From: Chlorokybus atmophyticus
Lineage: Eukaryota > Plantae > Mesostigma and Chlorokybus algae
Direction of reading: 5' to 3'
Assembly: GCA_009103225.1 (NCBI GenBank)
Contig: RHPI01001010.1
Span: 221,299 to 277,067 of the forward strand
DNA length: 55,769 nt
Under the pieces are notes generated by a model. The model did no database searches. It was not told where the DNA came from and saw only the letters and a program-made list of their open reading frames with translations. Every line of letters starts with the position of its first letter. Within the stretch, counting starts at the first letter, position 1. A program made the translations under genes and the position numbers. Of the stretch, positions 23,624 through 36,269 are shown in pieces.

Positions 23624-26600
23624 AAGCTGCCTCTGCCAAGAAGCAGAAGCTGGCAGAAAACACACAGCAGCTGGAGCTGGAGCTGAGCTGCGGCAGGGTG
23701 GATAAAGCTGTGTCTGAGTTCTTGGGTTCTTGGGGACAGTGGCTAAGCTGCTGCTGTTGTTGAACAGAGCTGCTGTTGCTGTCGAATAATGCTGCTGCTG
23801 CTGCGAAGCGGAAGTGCTGCTGCTGCGGAGCGGAGCTGCTGACAAGCTGTTGGGGAGAAGGAGCTACTTTTGCTAACGAGCTCTTGCTGGTAAGGCTTAT
23901 GCTAGCTTGTTATTGTTGCTTGACCTGCTCTGTCAGTGACGCTTGGTCGAGAGTGTCTGCCTTACAGTCTAGTAGCTTGCTGCTGGGCGTCTTGCATGCA
24001 GTGACCGCTGCTGCCAACTATTAGCCCCCAAGTTGTCCCTCGTATGCTGTCACTGCTGGCAGTATTCAAGTCCAACTTACACGCAATCATCTGCAGCCAT
24101 GGCAAGACGCATTGTTCAACAGTCTGCTGTTCTGCGCGAGCGTGAGCAGCTTAATGAAATGCTTGCACTGATCAAGCATGCTGGTGGGAAGCCACGCAAA
24201 GCCAGTGTACGTGCTAAACGGTCACTGCTTAAAGAGATGAGGGCCGCCTAGAAAGCGCGTTCAACAAACATCAGCCCGCACCTCACTGGAGGAGCAGGTG
24301 ATTTGCAGCTGCCTCCACCTGCGTCTGCCTTGGAGCCCGAGCCTGCGCTTGAAGATGCCGTGGAGGCTGAGCCTACGCCTGAAGATCAACCACACCTGTC
24401 CAACCAGCAGACAGCAGAACAATCTTCTCCAGAGATGCCGGACTTTGGAGCCGCCGAGCAATCTGATCATTTTGGCAACCAAGAGCCTAAGCCTGAGCAG
24501 CCTCCAACCTTCAGTCGCGACCTTTGCCTCTGCTCCAAGTGCAAAGGCTTGGTCAGTTGCTTCGCTTGGCCTGCGCTGATGAACAAGTGACCATGCATGC
24601 ACGTTGCGTACACACCCTTACTGTATCGCAGATCATGTAGCCGCGCTTGGTTATCGATGCGCACTTAGCCAAAGACGAGGCGGCCAAACGGCTGAGGAGC
24701 ATTCCCACTGTGCAACCCACTTTGAACAGCTTTGATGCAGACAAGATGCCTGATCTGCAGCAGACGTCTACGACTTACCTGGACAAGATAATTGAGATCT
24801 CATCCAGCATAGACGAAGCTGGAGTCTCGCAGGACTGCTTCAACAAACTGCTCCATGTCCTCTTAAAAGGCGAAAGCTCCTTGATGGCTTTGGCTGGGAG
24901 GGATGTTCGATGAGAAGTGTGAAGGCTTCAAGCTGCCTACTACTTGCAAGTGCCTGATTGGCATGTTTGAGCGCATGGGGATGTCTTCAACACTGCATTA
25001 TTCTGTCTGTGCCTGCGGCCACCTGTTCGGCAAGCCCCATCCGAATGCTGAGCTCGTTGTGCAAGACGAAGACTCCGTGCGCTCCTACTACCGGCAGCGC
25101 GAGAAGGAGCGCAAGGCCATGGCAAGGACGAGACACACTTGAGAATACAGGAGGACAACCGCAAGCTTCAAAGGGCGCTGTGGGCCAGGTTCCCAGACCG
25201 CTGTGTTGGCAGGAGCTTCAATCGGGCCGGCCCAGATTATGACATGAGGGAGGAGGTGGTGGCGGATGTAATGCACAATTACGCTCCGCTGGGGATCAAT
25301 GGACAGATATTGCGTTGGCCTGCAAGTAAGTAGTCTGCGTCTGCGTATGTGCATGTGCGTGTATATACCAGCTGCCACTTGCCAGATGTCTTGTGCTTCT
25401 TGCAGGATGGCTGCTCACTGCCTCTTGTTTGCAAAATGGATTCGTGAGCAAATTCGCCGGTTTGTGGACAATGCAAGACGGGGCCATCCATTAACGCCAG
25501 GCGAAACGGTAGGCTTGACCCGTGAGCAGCGCAAGGAAAAGATGCGCGCTGCACGCGCTGAGAAGCGCGCTAAAGCAGAGGAGCCAGCTCCACGCCGCTC
25601 GCGCACAGACCACGGGCTTGGCACAAATTTCACCGCTGCAGACTTTCCCTCCATCCAAAATGCTGTGCTGCTTGCCTTGTTGACTGCTGAGCCACTCTCT
25701 TAAGCGCAGCTGCGTAAGGAATGGGTGGCTTTCAGGTACGTCAGTTATCCTCTTGCACAAGGCTTAGTTTGCACTCGCACTCGTAAGGAATTCACATGCG
25801 GCTGGTGCTGCAGACCCGCAGGAGATGCTGCAAGCACCAGCGGCAACAGCAGCCGCAGGGTTGTGGCTGTTGGGCGTGGTCAAGTACTGGAGGCGCTTGA
25901 GCAAGAGACTCCTTGGCGCAGCTACAAAGTGAAGGTGCTGAAGTGGTACAACGCCAAGGGTATCGGTGATCAACGCGTCTACATGCCAGTACGTGACACG
26001 GATGGGTATGCTGGCCAGCTGTCCGGGGACGAGCACTTGTGCAGCAATATCTTGGTGAGTGTAGTAGATCGTGTGCTGCGGCACAGCACACTGCAAGCGT
26101 AACTGCACAGAAGACTATATGCATGACATGCAGTAATGCGGCTGCTTGAATGATGCAGGGACGCAGTTGTGCTTGGCCTGCATCCTTGGTAGCCCCGTCT
26201 GCAGTCTGCACTTGCTCAGACTGCTCTCCGGGCTGCATTGCAGAAGTCACCCCAAGATGCGTTCGCGCGCTCGTGGTTGACAAGCGCGTGCAGCCAGAAG
26301 ACCAGCATGACATCAATTAGAGGGTAAGAACGTTGCTGTGGGTTGTAATGTGTGCAGCATGCTTGCATGATGCACACTTGTAACAATTCTTGCTTGCAGA
26401 TCAGTTGTTGCTCTGACCACCTCATGCACTTGGCTGGCATCTGCTGCAATACCTTGTGCGCCAATGTTCTTAACCGCGAGAGCTTGCTGGAGATGTACAC
26501 GTCCTGGAGGGGGACATACGGGACGCAGATTGGGAGGCTGCTGAAGGAGGACCATCTGCTTGCAAAGTTCACTGACTCGCAGATCGGTCTCATGCTTATA

Positions 26601-29600
26601 CATTTGCAGTCAACAAGCGCTGGCTGGTACAGGATGACTCCGGAGAAGCACGCTATGGCTGGCACTGGAATAGTCAAGCCAAGCGACAACGCGGTCCATT
26701 ATAGAGTACCCAACTGGAGACCTTCGCTCATCTTTCTTGCAGCAACCAGTCTAGCTTCCATGCAGCCGCCAGTCTAGCTTCCTGCTAAAAGTTTACCTTC
26801 TGGCTAGCAGTTTAGCTTGCTACCAACAGTTTAGCTTACTGGTAGCAGTTAGCTTCTTGCAAACAATTGGAGCCTATTTTAGTAATAGTCAAGAGCACAT
26901 AGTACAATGTAAACTCCAAATGAGGTCAAGATTTCTCTACCAGAAAAAATGTTTGCAATTTACCTGCATATGCCTGCTATATTGTGCTGCTAGTTGTGGA
27001 ACAGAGATGGCGGGGCCGTTATCGGCACGACTGCTGCTGCGCCGAAGTCGGCACAGTCATTCCTATGCCGCCAACGGCATAATTGCTGCTGCTGCTGTGC
27101 CGAAGTCGGCAAAAGTGCTACTGTGCCGAAGATGGCAGAAGCACTGCTGTGCCGAAGTCGGCAGAAGTGCTATTGTGCCGAAAACGGCAGAAGCGCTGCT
27201 GTGCCGAAGATGGTAGGGTCGCAGCTGTGCCGAAGACGTTAGAAGTACTGCTGTGCCGAGGTCGGCCCAATGCAGTTTGCGGCAGTAATCAGCTTGTGCC
27301 GGCTGACCGATGGTGGCTTACGATTCTTTGCCGGCACAAAGCGACTTGTGCCGTCTTTGGAGCAGAACTGCTCGCAGAACTCGAAGGCAGATGCCCTTGA
27401 CGGCACAACTGGCTTGTGCCGAGAACGAATTCTGCTGCAGGCGTCGTGTGCAAGCACTATAGAAGGTACTCTATGTTTACAAGGTGAGTCACAAGCATTG
27501 TTAGCTCCTCTAGGTCTGTTGTTTGTCAACCTTCCAGTTGCGCGGTGTGTTGTCCGTAATAGCCTACTGTTGCCCCCCTACACGCTGCGCTCGTCCCTTG
27601 TTTGTTAGTGCGCCTGATCGCGCAGTTGAAAACAATAGCCTGGCAGCAACCAACCAAAGCTTGCCACACTTTATAAAGTGTTAAGCTCTTGTTAGAACTT
27701 GGTGACATGCTACGCGCATTAAGTGCATGGCACGTTGTTAGTTAGTTCAAGTGTTGCTGGCCATAGCCTGGCAGCAACTTCTTTGCGCTCTGGCCATAGC
27801 CTGGCAGGGTAACCACGTGCCCCTTTTTTGTCCGTGCGCTGAACTGCGTAGTCGCTGGCCATAGCCTGGCAGCAACTCTTGCCATACAATGGCAAGAGTT
27901 GCTGCCAGGCTATACAGTATATGGATGCCGTGTGTCCCTTTGCTTGTTGATGCGTAGATGCCGACCATAGCTATGATCGTTAGTAAGCTATAGCTGATTA
28001 ACAACGCTGTAGTGCACTACAGCGTGTGGTTGTAAGTTTGCGAGATATTGCCATGCGCATTGAGTGTACTACTCTTCGATACTCTTATCAACGCTGTCAG
28101 TGGCCAAAGCCTGGCAGCAACTTCTTTGTAATCCAACCATAGCCTGGCAAAGCTTGTCAAACATCTTCGCGCATCAATGCGCAATGTTGAGCATGCGATC
28201 ATTTAAAGTGATCCCTTAGGTCTTATAGTTGGAAAGCGTATGTGCGCACTGCGCATGGTCACATGTGGTTACCACGCAATTGGTTTTGTGTAGCTATAAT
28301 GGCCGCCATTGTTTCTTGTCAAATGTGGCATTTTAAGACACTGTGGCATGCGTCACGCGTCAGTGACTCGGCAGCTCTGCTTGTAGCCTACAGGCAGCTG
28401 AGCTTGCTACGGTTGCTCAACACTGCGCGTATGCATGTTGATTGTAACTCGCGCTTCAGCTAGCTTATATGGCCACGCAATTATGCGCTGAGCGGTTGTG
28501 TCTCTTGCTGTGGCGCAAGGTCACACGTACAAGATGTTTACCGCTGACGATTGTTGACATGGTAGCTTGCTGAGTTCCCATGTGCTTTGATATCCGCATT
28601 AGCCTTGCTGATACGATGCACGACAGCATTTGTGAAATGCCAACTGAACGCGACCATACGAGTGCTGCACTCAGCAGCATCGTGATGGCTTACTCACTAT
28701 GGTAGCTTATGTGTGACGATGATACATACAAGCTTTAAAAGTGTGTCACATGATTGCTTTTAAGTCACAGTCACACGGTGATAAGTCTGCACCGCGACGC
28801 TTGCTAGAACATGATTATAATGCTTATGGACAAGCATGTGCAAGGTTGCATCTGATTTCACATGGCTTAACATCTGTGCGCTGACATGTGCATAACGGTT
28901 GCATGTAGTGAGCTACTAGCTCATGGTAGTACCATGTCGTGCCATTGCCGCTTAACTACAGCGCACGGGCTGCTTGCGGTCCGCCACTGCATACTGTATG
29001 CAGTGCGGTCCCGTTGATGATGCATAATTTTACAGGCGAAGTTGTGAGGCACTTCGAACGTTGTTACTAAGGTATGCGACAAGCATATAGTTGCACTCTT
29101 TACGTGTTGTCAGGCGTGCACCACTGCCAATGATGCACATTGTAGTATTGGTGAAGTGTTGCCAGTGCTCATGTCCTCAACACTCCGAGAGCATCGATTC
29201 GCATCTGATACGCTAGTGCGCAGCTGCACATAAGCGCACGCTTTCTTTGCCTTACGTAAGGCATGTTTGGTATACAAAAAATGATGTCCTCAAGTTCATA
29301 CTGCAAAAGATTTGAAGTAAATGATGAACTTCAAGTGCTTTCGCTTGTTCGAGCTTATTATACTCTTATGTACACTTATCATGTGTACATAAGACCGCAC
29401 ATGGCATGCACACCGCACATGGCATGCGTACATGTGTATACACATTTAGCCTGCGAGGCTAAAGCAGGACTCGAATCTACACTATAGGTATCATGGCCAG
29501 TATCATGGCATCATACCGATACCCACGTATAGTGCGTTACGCTAGTTGTATATAGTTAGTACATTATATATATTATATACGGTTGTACATTATATCAACC

Positions 29601-32600
29601 ATGCGGTGTGCCATCGTATCTGAGTACATTGCGGTTACACTAGCATGATATACTATGCTTATGCCAAACGTTGTTCGGCCTTCGCACGCAGTATGCTTGC
29701 CGATGCCATCGCAAGCACCATTGATGATGGATTGGGAGAGCTAACACTATGTTCCTACCAATATATATGATTTATATTGGGTGGGTAGGGTAAAGTAGTC
29801 AATACATATACACAGAAAGACAAGTCAACGACTATTCTCTTACCTATAGAGGAACAGATCTAACGCTAGCTAGTTGCTCTCGCAACTTGGACATTAGAGT
29901 AGACGTTTCTTATGTTTCAGCTTAAAACGTTACAAACAAGAAATGTGAGTATCCTCACATCTCATTGGTCTCATATACTAGCAAGTACTCGAGCGGGCAG
30001 CTGATTGGCTAGCCGCTCGTGTGTCCTCCGGCGACTGCAAGATGATTTTATAACATGAATACAAAAAATGATAGTAAGCCGCTTACTAACTGCGGCCTTA
30101 GTAAAGCCGCAGCGCCTTCGCCGCTTACTTACTTAAGCGGCAACGCTGAGACGCAGTGTGTGACCGCTAGTAGTAGTTGTTGTTGATGTGATAATGAGCG
30201 GCGGCGGCATAGTTTTTTCTCCCCCCCACCCAACCCATACTATCGTTGATGACGTTGAGCCAGATGTACTACAGCTGCGCTGTGCTGCATTCGACGCGCC
30301 GCTCAACCATGCTCACATGTACATTGTGTACGCGTGACATTGTGTGTAGCTATCAACCTATAGTTTGATGGCAAATAGCTTGCAATGCGGTGGTCAACTT
30401 ACGCCAAATGCCCTTGCCGTTGTGTTTGATCTCGTGAGTGCACGTGCCGTAGTCGTACGGCGTGATTGCATTCGTTTCTTTCATGCATATGCTTTTACGA
30501 ATAGCCATTGTGACGTGGCGTGTGTCATTGCCATCAGTCTCTCAGTCGCGTGCGCGCGCTTGCGTTTAGATTCTGCTGCAGCGAGTTGCGCCGCTGGTAC
30601 ATCCCAAGTAGTCAATACATATACACAGAACGACAAGTCATATACACAAGACGACTATGCTCCTACCTATAGAGGAAAAAATCCAAGGCTAGCTAGTTGC
30701 TCTCCCAACTTAAACATTAAAGTAGACGTTTCAGATGTTTCAGCTAAAAACGTTACAAACAAGGAATGTGAGTATCCTCACATCTCATTAGTCTCATATA
30801 CAGCCAAATGGCTTCTTACAGTACTAGTGCGTACCGAGGTTTTCTTTCTTGACTACTATAGTGTACCTGTGAAAAACTCGCTAAGCGGATATTTACTAGC
30901 TTTAAGCAGAGCTGCTACAATTGCGACACAGCATGAATTATTTCAAATGCAGCGACCGGTGGTGTTGTCGACCAGAACATGTTTCATGATATAACAATGG
31001 TCCTCCCCCGGGTCAGGGCCCCTGGCCCTTAGGGGGAGAATGAATAGCCTTAGGCGAATGACAGCCTTGGGCTACTATTCTCCCCGTAGTACGGGGAGAA
31101 TAGTAGCCGAAGGCCGCGCAGCTTTACGGTATATAGCCTATACTGCACTATGGTTTAGCCGCACTAAGTGCCACAAACTATTCGACGAATGTTTACAATA
31201 GTAGAGATTCGATCGCCCGCTGGGTTTTATGCGGATTGAAGTGCGGACAGACAACACTAGCAGCAAGGTACCACACACTTTATCCTCTTAAACTTTCTCT
31301 TACGACCAAATGCAGTCAGTGAATGCTTCTGTAACACAAGTAATACTCGAGTAGTTTGTAGCAGTACGGTAGATGTACCAGGGAACAGGCATCTTTAAAA
31401 CGTCAAAACATTACATGTCAAACGTCCTTTGGCTGTCGCCAGAGGCGACGAGACGCCGGGGGACTCACTTCACCTAGCAAGTGCCGATACTTGCTAGCAA
31501 AGGTATCGCGCAGCGGGCCGTGCCGCCGTATGGCTGGGGCCAAGCAGGCCAATATACGTGCATGCTGCGTACAACAGAATTACTTACCGGTAATGCATGC
31601 AACATGCACCAAGCAGGTCTATATAGAACTGTACATAGACCTGTTTGGTGCCTGTTGTATACATCAAGCATGTAATAGATCGTCTATACATGCTGCATAC
31701 GACACGTATGCTTGATGCTGCATGTATGCAATCGCCTGAAGGCTTGAGTTAAGTTGATGCTCGAGTAGTAAACGGTATATAACGCCATCTTGATGCATTG
31801 GCGTCAAGATGCTGATGCTGCACCTGAATGGGCGCAAGCAGCGCATGGGGTGCCCCTGGAGGCACATCAGCATCGCTGATGCTGGGGTGACCCAAGTCTG
31901 TGTCGGCAATGCGTCGACTCAGCATCACTTAGACTTAAACATGCTGCATCGCAGGATGCTGATACATAGAGGGACGCGTACCAGCGTGCATCCACTCCAT
32001 GCAACGCAGCATGTAGCGCCACACATCGCCTAGAGGACGCGTAACAGCGTGCATCCACTCCCTGCGAAGCAGCATTTAGCGTCACAGATCTAGATGCTGC
32101 GTCGTAGGAAGTGGATGCACGCGGTTACGCGTCCCTGATAGGATAATGGGAGACCGGCCGACAGAGAAACAATGTTGTTTCTCTTATGACGTTCCAAGGA
32201 GTGAGGATGCTGTCTGCAAGCGCGCAAAGAAGTCTCTTGCCCGCTGTCAAAGCAGCGCGGCAAAAAGCAGGCAGGAACCAGCAGGCGAGGGTATCGAGGA
32301 TGAAGGCGCGCTTGCGACGACATTTTTGTGCGCTGTTGGCATGCGCAATGGCTAGGAAGGGGACGGGGTAGCAGGAGGAGAACACACAACGTACAAAGGC
32401 TGCACGGCAACACCGGTTTTAGTCGCAGTCGCAGCCACATTAAGTGGGTGCAGCTTCAGCTCGCCTGTTCTCGCATATTCGCCCTCTTCCCACCTGATGG
32501 CGTCCACGGGCTCCAAGCTCCTCTCATGCGCGAGCTTGCTGCTGCTGCTCCTTGTGGCCACAGCGTTGCCTGCACAAGGTATGTGGCGACAAGAGTAAAC

Positions 32601-32752
32601 GGCTTTCAGTGCGGATGTGTGCATCAGCATGCGTTTGCGCAGCGCTATTGTATACGAATGGCGCATGTCATGCTGGGTGTGGTGATGTGCTTGCACGCCC
32701 CCTGCCCTCCCCGGCCCTCTCTCTTTCTCACACACACACACGCACGGTCTCT
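23624..32752 (+). repeat. ~9.1-kb segmental duplicate (copy C) of 7250-13017 and 13052-23608
   Basis: Colinear with 7250 onward (CMC body, MITE pair) and with 19790-23608 (offset ~9.13 kb). Lacks the solo LTR and the pogo. Includes the CMC right end at 27450 and the MITE pair at 27455-28910. Confidence 0.95.
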
Positions 32753-35700
32753 CCCCAGGCACCTGCCCCTCCAGGGCCAACGACGGCAGCCACTGCGAGC
32801 CTGCGGACCCCAGCGATTCCAGCTCGCCGTGCTACTGCTTCCCCTTCATCAATGGCAGAACGTAGGCTACCCCAGTCTCTTCCACCTCCCCCACCGCTTT
32901 TGTTTCTGCTTGCTGTACATGTTAATACCACACATGCCGACTGTGGGGACTGTGCGCAGTGGGGAGTACGACCTCAGCCAGAAGTACACTTGGAATGCTG
33001 GCCAGGTGAAGTGCAAGAGTATAGGGGAAACTTGGCACAGATCTTCAGTGAAGCTGAGCGCGACACCATCTTCAACAGAAGCAAGCCCGCCATCAATGTG
33101 TGGATCGGCCTATCACGCAACACGAAGGTTACCAGACTCGAGTGGGACCACCTCCACTGCCCTAATCCCCGCCAAGCACAGTGTCCGGCTCGCGTGAACC
33201 TCTTCAAGTGGGGTGGACACGTATTTGGCACATATTCGATTATACATGCCTCTCGCTCTCCCCCTGTTCTTCCCGGCTCTACCTTGTGCGCGCATGTGTG
33301 CGTGAGCCGCTGACCGGGCATCGCTGCACTGGCAAGATTGTGCAGACGTATCAGGACTGGTGGGTTAACGATCGCGGCATCCATGAGCCAGACAACCAAT
33401 ATTTCAAAGGCAACGAGTACTGCGTCGTCATGCTTGGTGGTGGCAACTGGATCGATCACCACCCCCCGCAGCCCGGCACATGGAACGACGACCGCTATGA
33501 CACGAAATACCTGGTTGTCTGCCAAGGTACTTTGTGCGTGAATGTGCTGCGCTACCTACAACATCAGAGACTTACTCGCTCTGGCCCGCAGCGTGGAAAG
33601 TCGCCACCACCTCATCCCCCACCGAGTCCGCCACCATCTCCCCCACCAAGCCCCCCGCTACCTCCCCCACCGAGCCCTCCACCACCTCCCCCACCGAGTC
33701 CGCCACCTCCCCACCCGAGTCCCCCACCNNNNNNNNNNNNNNNNNNNNNNNNNNNNNNNNNNNNNNNNNNNNNNNNNNNNNNNNNNNNNNNNNNNNNNNN
33801 NNNNNNNNNNNNNNNNNNNNNNNNNNNNNNNNNNNNNNNNNNNNNNNNNNNNNNNNNNNNNNNNNNNNNNNNNNNNNNNNNNNNNNNNNNNNNNNNNNNN
33901 NNNNNNNNNNNNNNNNNNNNNNNNNNNNNNNNNNNNNNNNNNNNNNNNNNNNNNNNNNNNNNNNNNNNNNNNNNNNNNNNNNNNNNNNNNNNNNNNNNNN
34001 NNNNNNNNNNNNNNNNNNNNNNNNNNNNNNNNNNNNNNNNNNNNNNNNNNNNNNNNNNNNNNNNNNNNNNNNNNNNNNNNNNNNNNNNNNNNNNNNNNNN
34101 NNNNNNNNNNNNNNNNNNNNNNNNNNNNNNNNNNNNNNNNNNNNNNNNNNNNNNNNNNNNNNNNNNNNNNNNNNNNNNNNNNNNNNNNNNNNNNNNNNNN
34201 NNNNNNNNNNNNNNNNNNNNNNNNNNNNNNNNNNNNNNNNNNNNNNNNNNNNNNNNNNNNNNNNNNNNNNNNNNNNNNNNNNNNNNNNNNNNNNNNNNNN
34301 NNNNNNNNNNNNNNNNNNNNNNNNNNNNNNNNNNNNNNNNNNNNNNNNNNNNNNNNNNNNNNNNNNNNNNNNNNNNNNNNNNNNNNNNNNNNNNNNNNNN
34401 NNNNNNNNNNNNNNNNNNNNNNNNNNNNNNNNNNNNNNNNNNNNNNNNNNNNNNNNNNNNNNNNNNNNNNNNNNNNNNNNNNNNNNNNNNNNNNNNNNNN
34501 NNNNNNNNNNNNNNNNNNNNNNNNNNNNNNNNNNNNNNNNNNNNNNNNNNNNNNNNNNNNNNNNNNNNNNNNNNNNNNNNNNNNNNNNNNNNNNNNNNNN
34601 NNNNNNNNNNNNNNNNNNNNNNNNNNNNNNNNNNNNNNNNNNNNNNNNNNNNCCCCCCCCACCCAGTCCGCCACCTTCTCCCCCACCTCCTGCTGAACGC
34701 TTCATCTCTAGGGACATTGGTGCCACACAACCAGGATCCACCACGTACGTCAAGAAAACCGGCCTTTACACCATCGCCAACCGCGGAAGTAAGCTTCGTG
34801 TGTTGCATGGGGTCTGAGACAATGGACTCTCGTCTGAAGTGCAGCATTGACTAATAGTCATTACCAATGTTGCAGTGATAGCGACGATTGCTCTCTTTCG
34901 TTGCGCATTTTTTAACTTCCATCTGTTGAACAATTGGATGCGTGGCATTGAGTTCATCACAAATTAATGGTTGATTTTGCCGGGGATATCTATGGCACAA
35001 CAGACTCGTTCCACTACGTGTACGCGCAACGGGTGCGCACCGGCGACTTCACCTTCATCGTGCATGTGGTGGATACAGCCTCTTTCGATTTTCCCAACAT
35101 GAAGTCGGGCATTATAGTTTGCGCTGGCCTTGCTCTTGGTGAGTTTGAAAAGCTGCAAGCATAGTCAAGTGCATCATTCATGCTGTCGGCAATGCTGATG
35201 CGGGGTTTGCGTAGGGTCGCCGGCGTTTGAGCTCCTTATTGGAAAAACTTTTGTGTCACCGTCCACGGTCTTCATTCAGGTATACCGATGTATTGCATGC
35301 CTAGTAAATGTGATGATCGATGTTGTTGTAGGCACGGGTACCCACATCGTAGTAAATCAGCAATCAGACGTTCAATGTAACAAAACTTACGTGCAGATTC
35401 GTGAAACGCTTGGGGGACAAACAATTACAGAGCCGTTTCATGGTGCACCATACAGGCGTGTCGCTTTGCCAATCTTCCTCAAGCTGTCGCGCACAGGGGA
35501 CGTTATCACCGCATCGGGTAAGCTCTTTGCAGCCACCGCCAAACGCAGCAGCTATTCCGGTTGTGCAATTGACCACCCCTCACTCCATCTCACTGCCTTT
35601 CTCCCTCTCTTCTCTACGTCTGTGTGCTTTATTCTTCAGCTTCCAGGAACGGAGTCAAGTATACCACAATATACAGCTACACAGCCTCGGGTCCTCTCGC

Positions 35701-35797
35701 CGGAAGTGTCTATGTTGGTATGGCGATCAGCTTTGTGACATATGGCACTGAAGGACTACTTGCGGCAGCCAAGTTCGACAAGGTTTCTCTGGTGTAA
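32497..35797 (+). pseudogene. Secreted C-type lectin / Ser-Pro(n) stalk / ConA-like (DUF1349-like) protein gene; frameshifted, probably a recent pseudogene or an assembly error
   Basis: Signal peptide exon 32497-32578. CTLD motifs YTWNAGQVKC, NLAQIFSEAE, VWIGL, EPDN, EYCVVM, WNDDRYDTKYLVVC. SPPPP repeats run into the N gap. After the gap: FISRDIG...GLYTI...DIYGTTDSFHYVY...LKLSRTGDVITAS...VYVGMAIS...AKFDKVSLV*. Frameshift at 33024-33027. Confidence 0.8.
33729..34652. other. Assembly gap (924 N) inside the proline-rich repeat
   Basis: Run of N flanked by CCN-rich sequence. Confidence 1.
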
Positions 35798-36269
35798 ATT
35801 TGTTAAGGTGGTCCCAGCGCCACGTGGCGGGAACTGGGAACACTTACATGTGCACATGTAAGTGTTCCGTATCCGTTACTTTGGGAAAGTAGGAGAATCA
35901 AACGCTTGCACACATGCAAGGTTGTATGTGATACGTACTGTTGTATGTAAGTGTTTTGGTTGGTTGTGAACCATTGGTTGTGTACAACTGTTTGGAGTAA
36001 CAATGCAGCCTTTTCTTTGTTCTATTGCTTTGAAAAAGTTGAAATAGGAGAATACAACACTTGCACACGCTGCAAGGCTGTATGTGACACGTATTGTTGT
36101 ATAAGTGTTTTGGTGGTTGTGAACTATGGGTTGTGTACATTCATTTGCAGCAAGAAAACGCAGCCTTGTATTTTGGCAAACTCATCTAGACATATAAAGC
36201 TCAATCTATATTATCTGCAATGTGTACACTTATTGATACTAAGTCATCACTTAAAGCTACCAAAAGTTG

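Noticed and set aside
33534-34854. Long ORFs on both strands and a Thr/Ser-rich mucin-like alternative frame
   Set aside because: They run through the N gap. Synonymous codon variation and the post-gap AERFISRDIG frame support the SPPP frame only.
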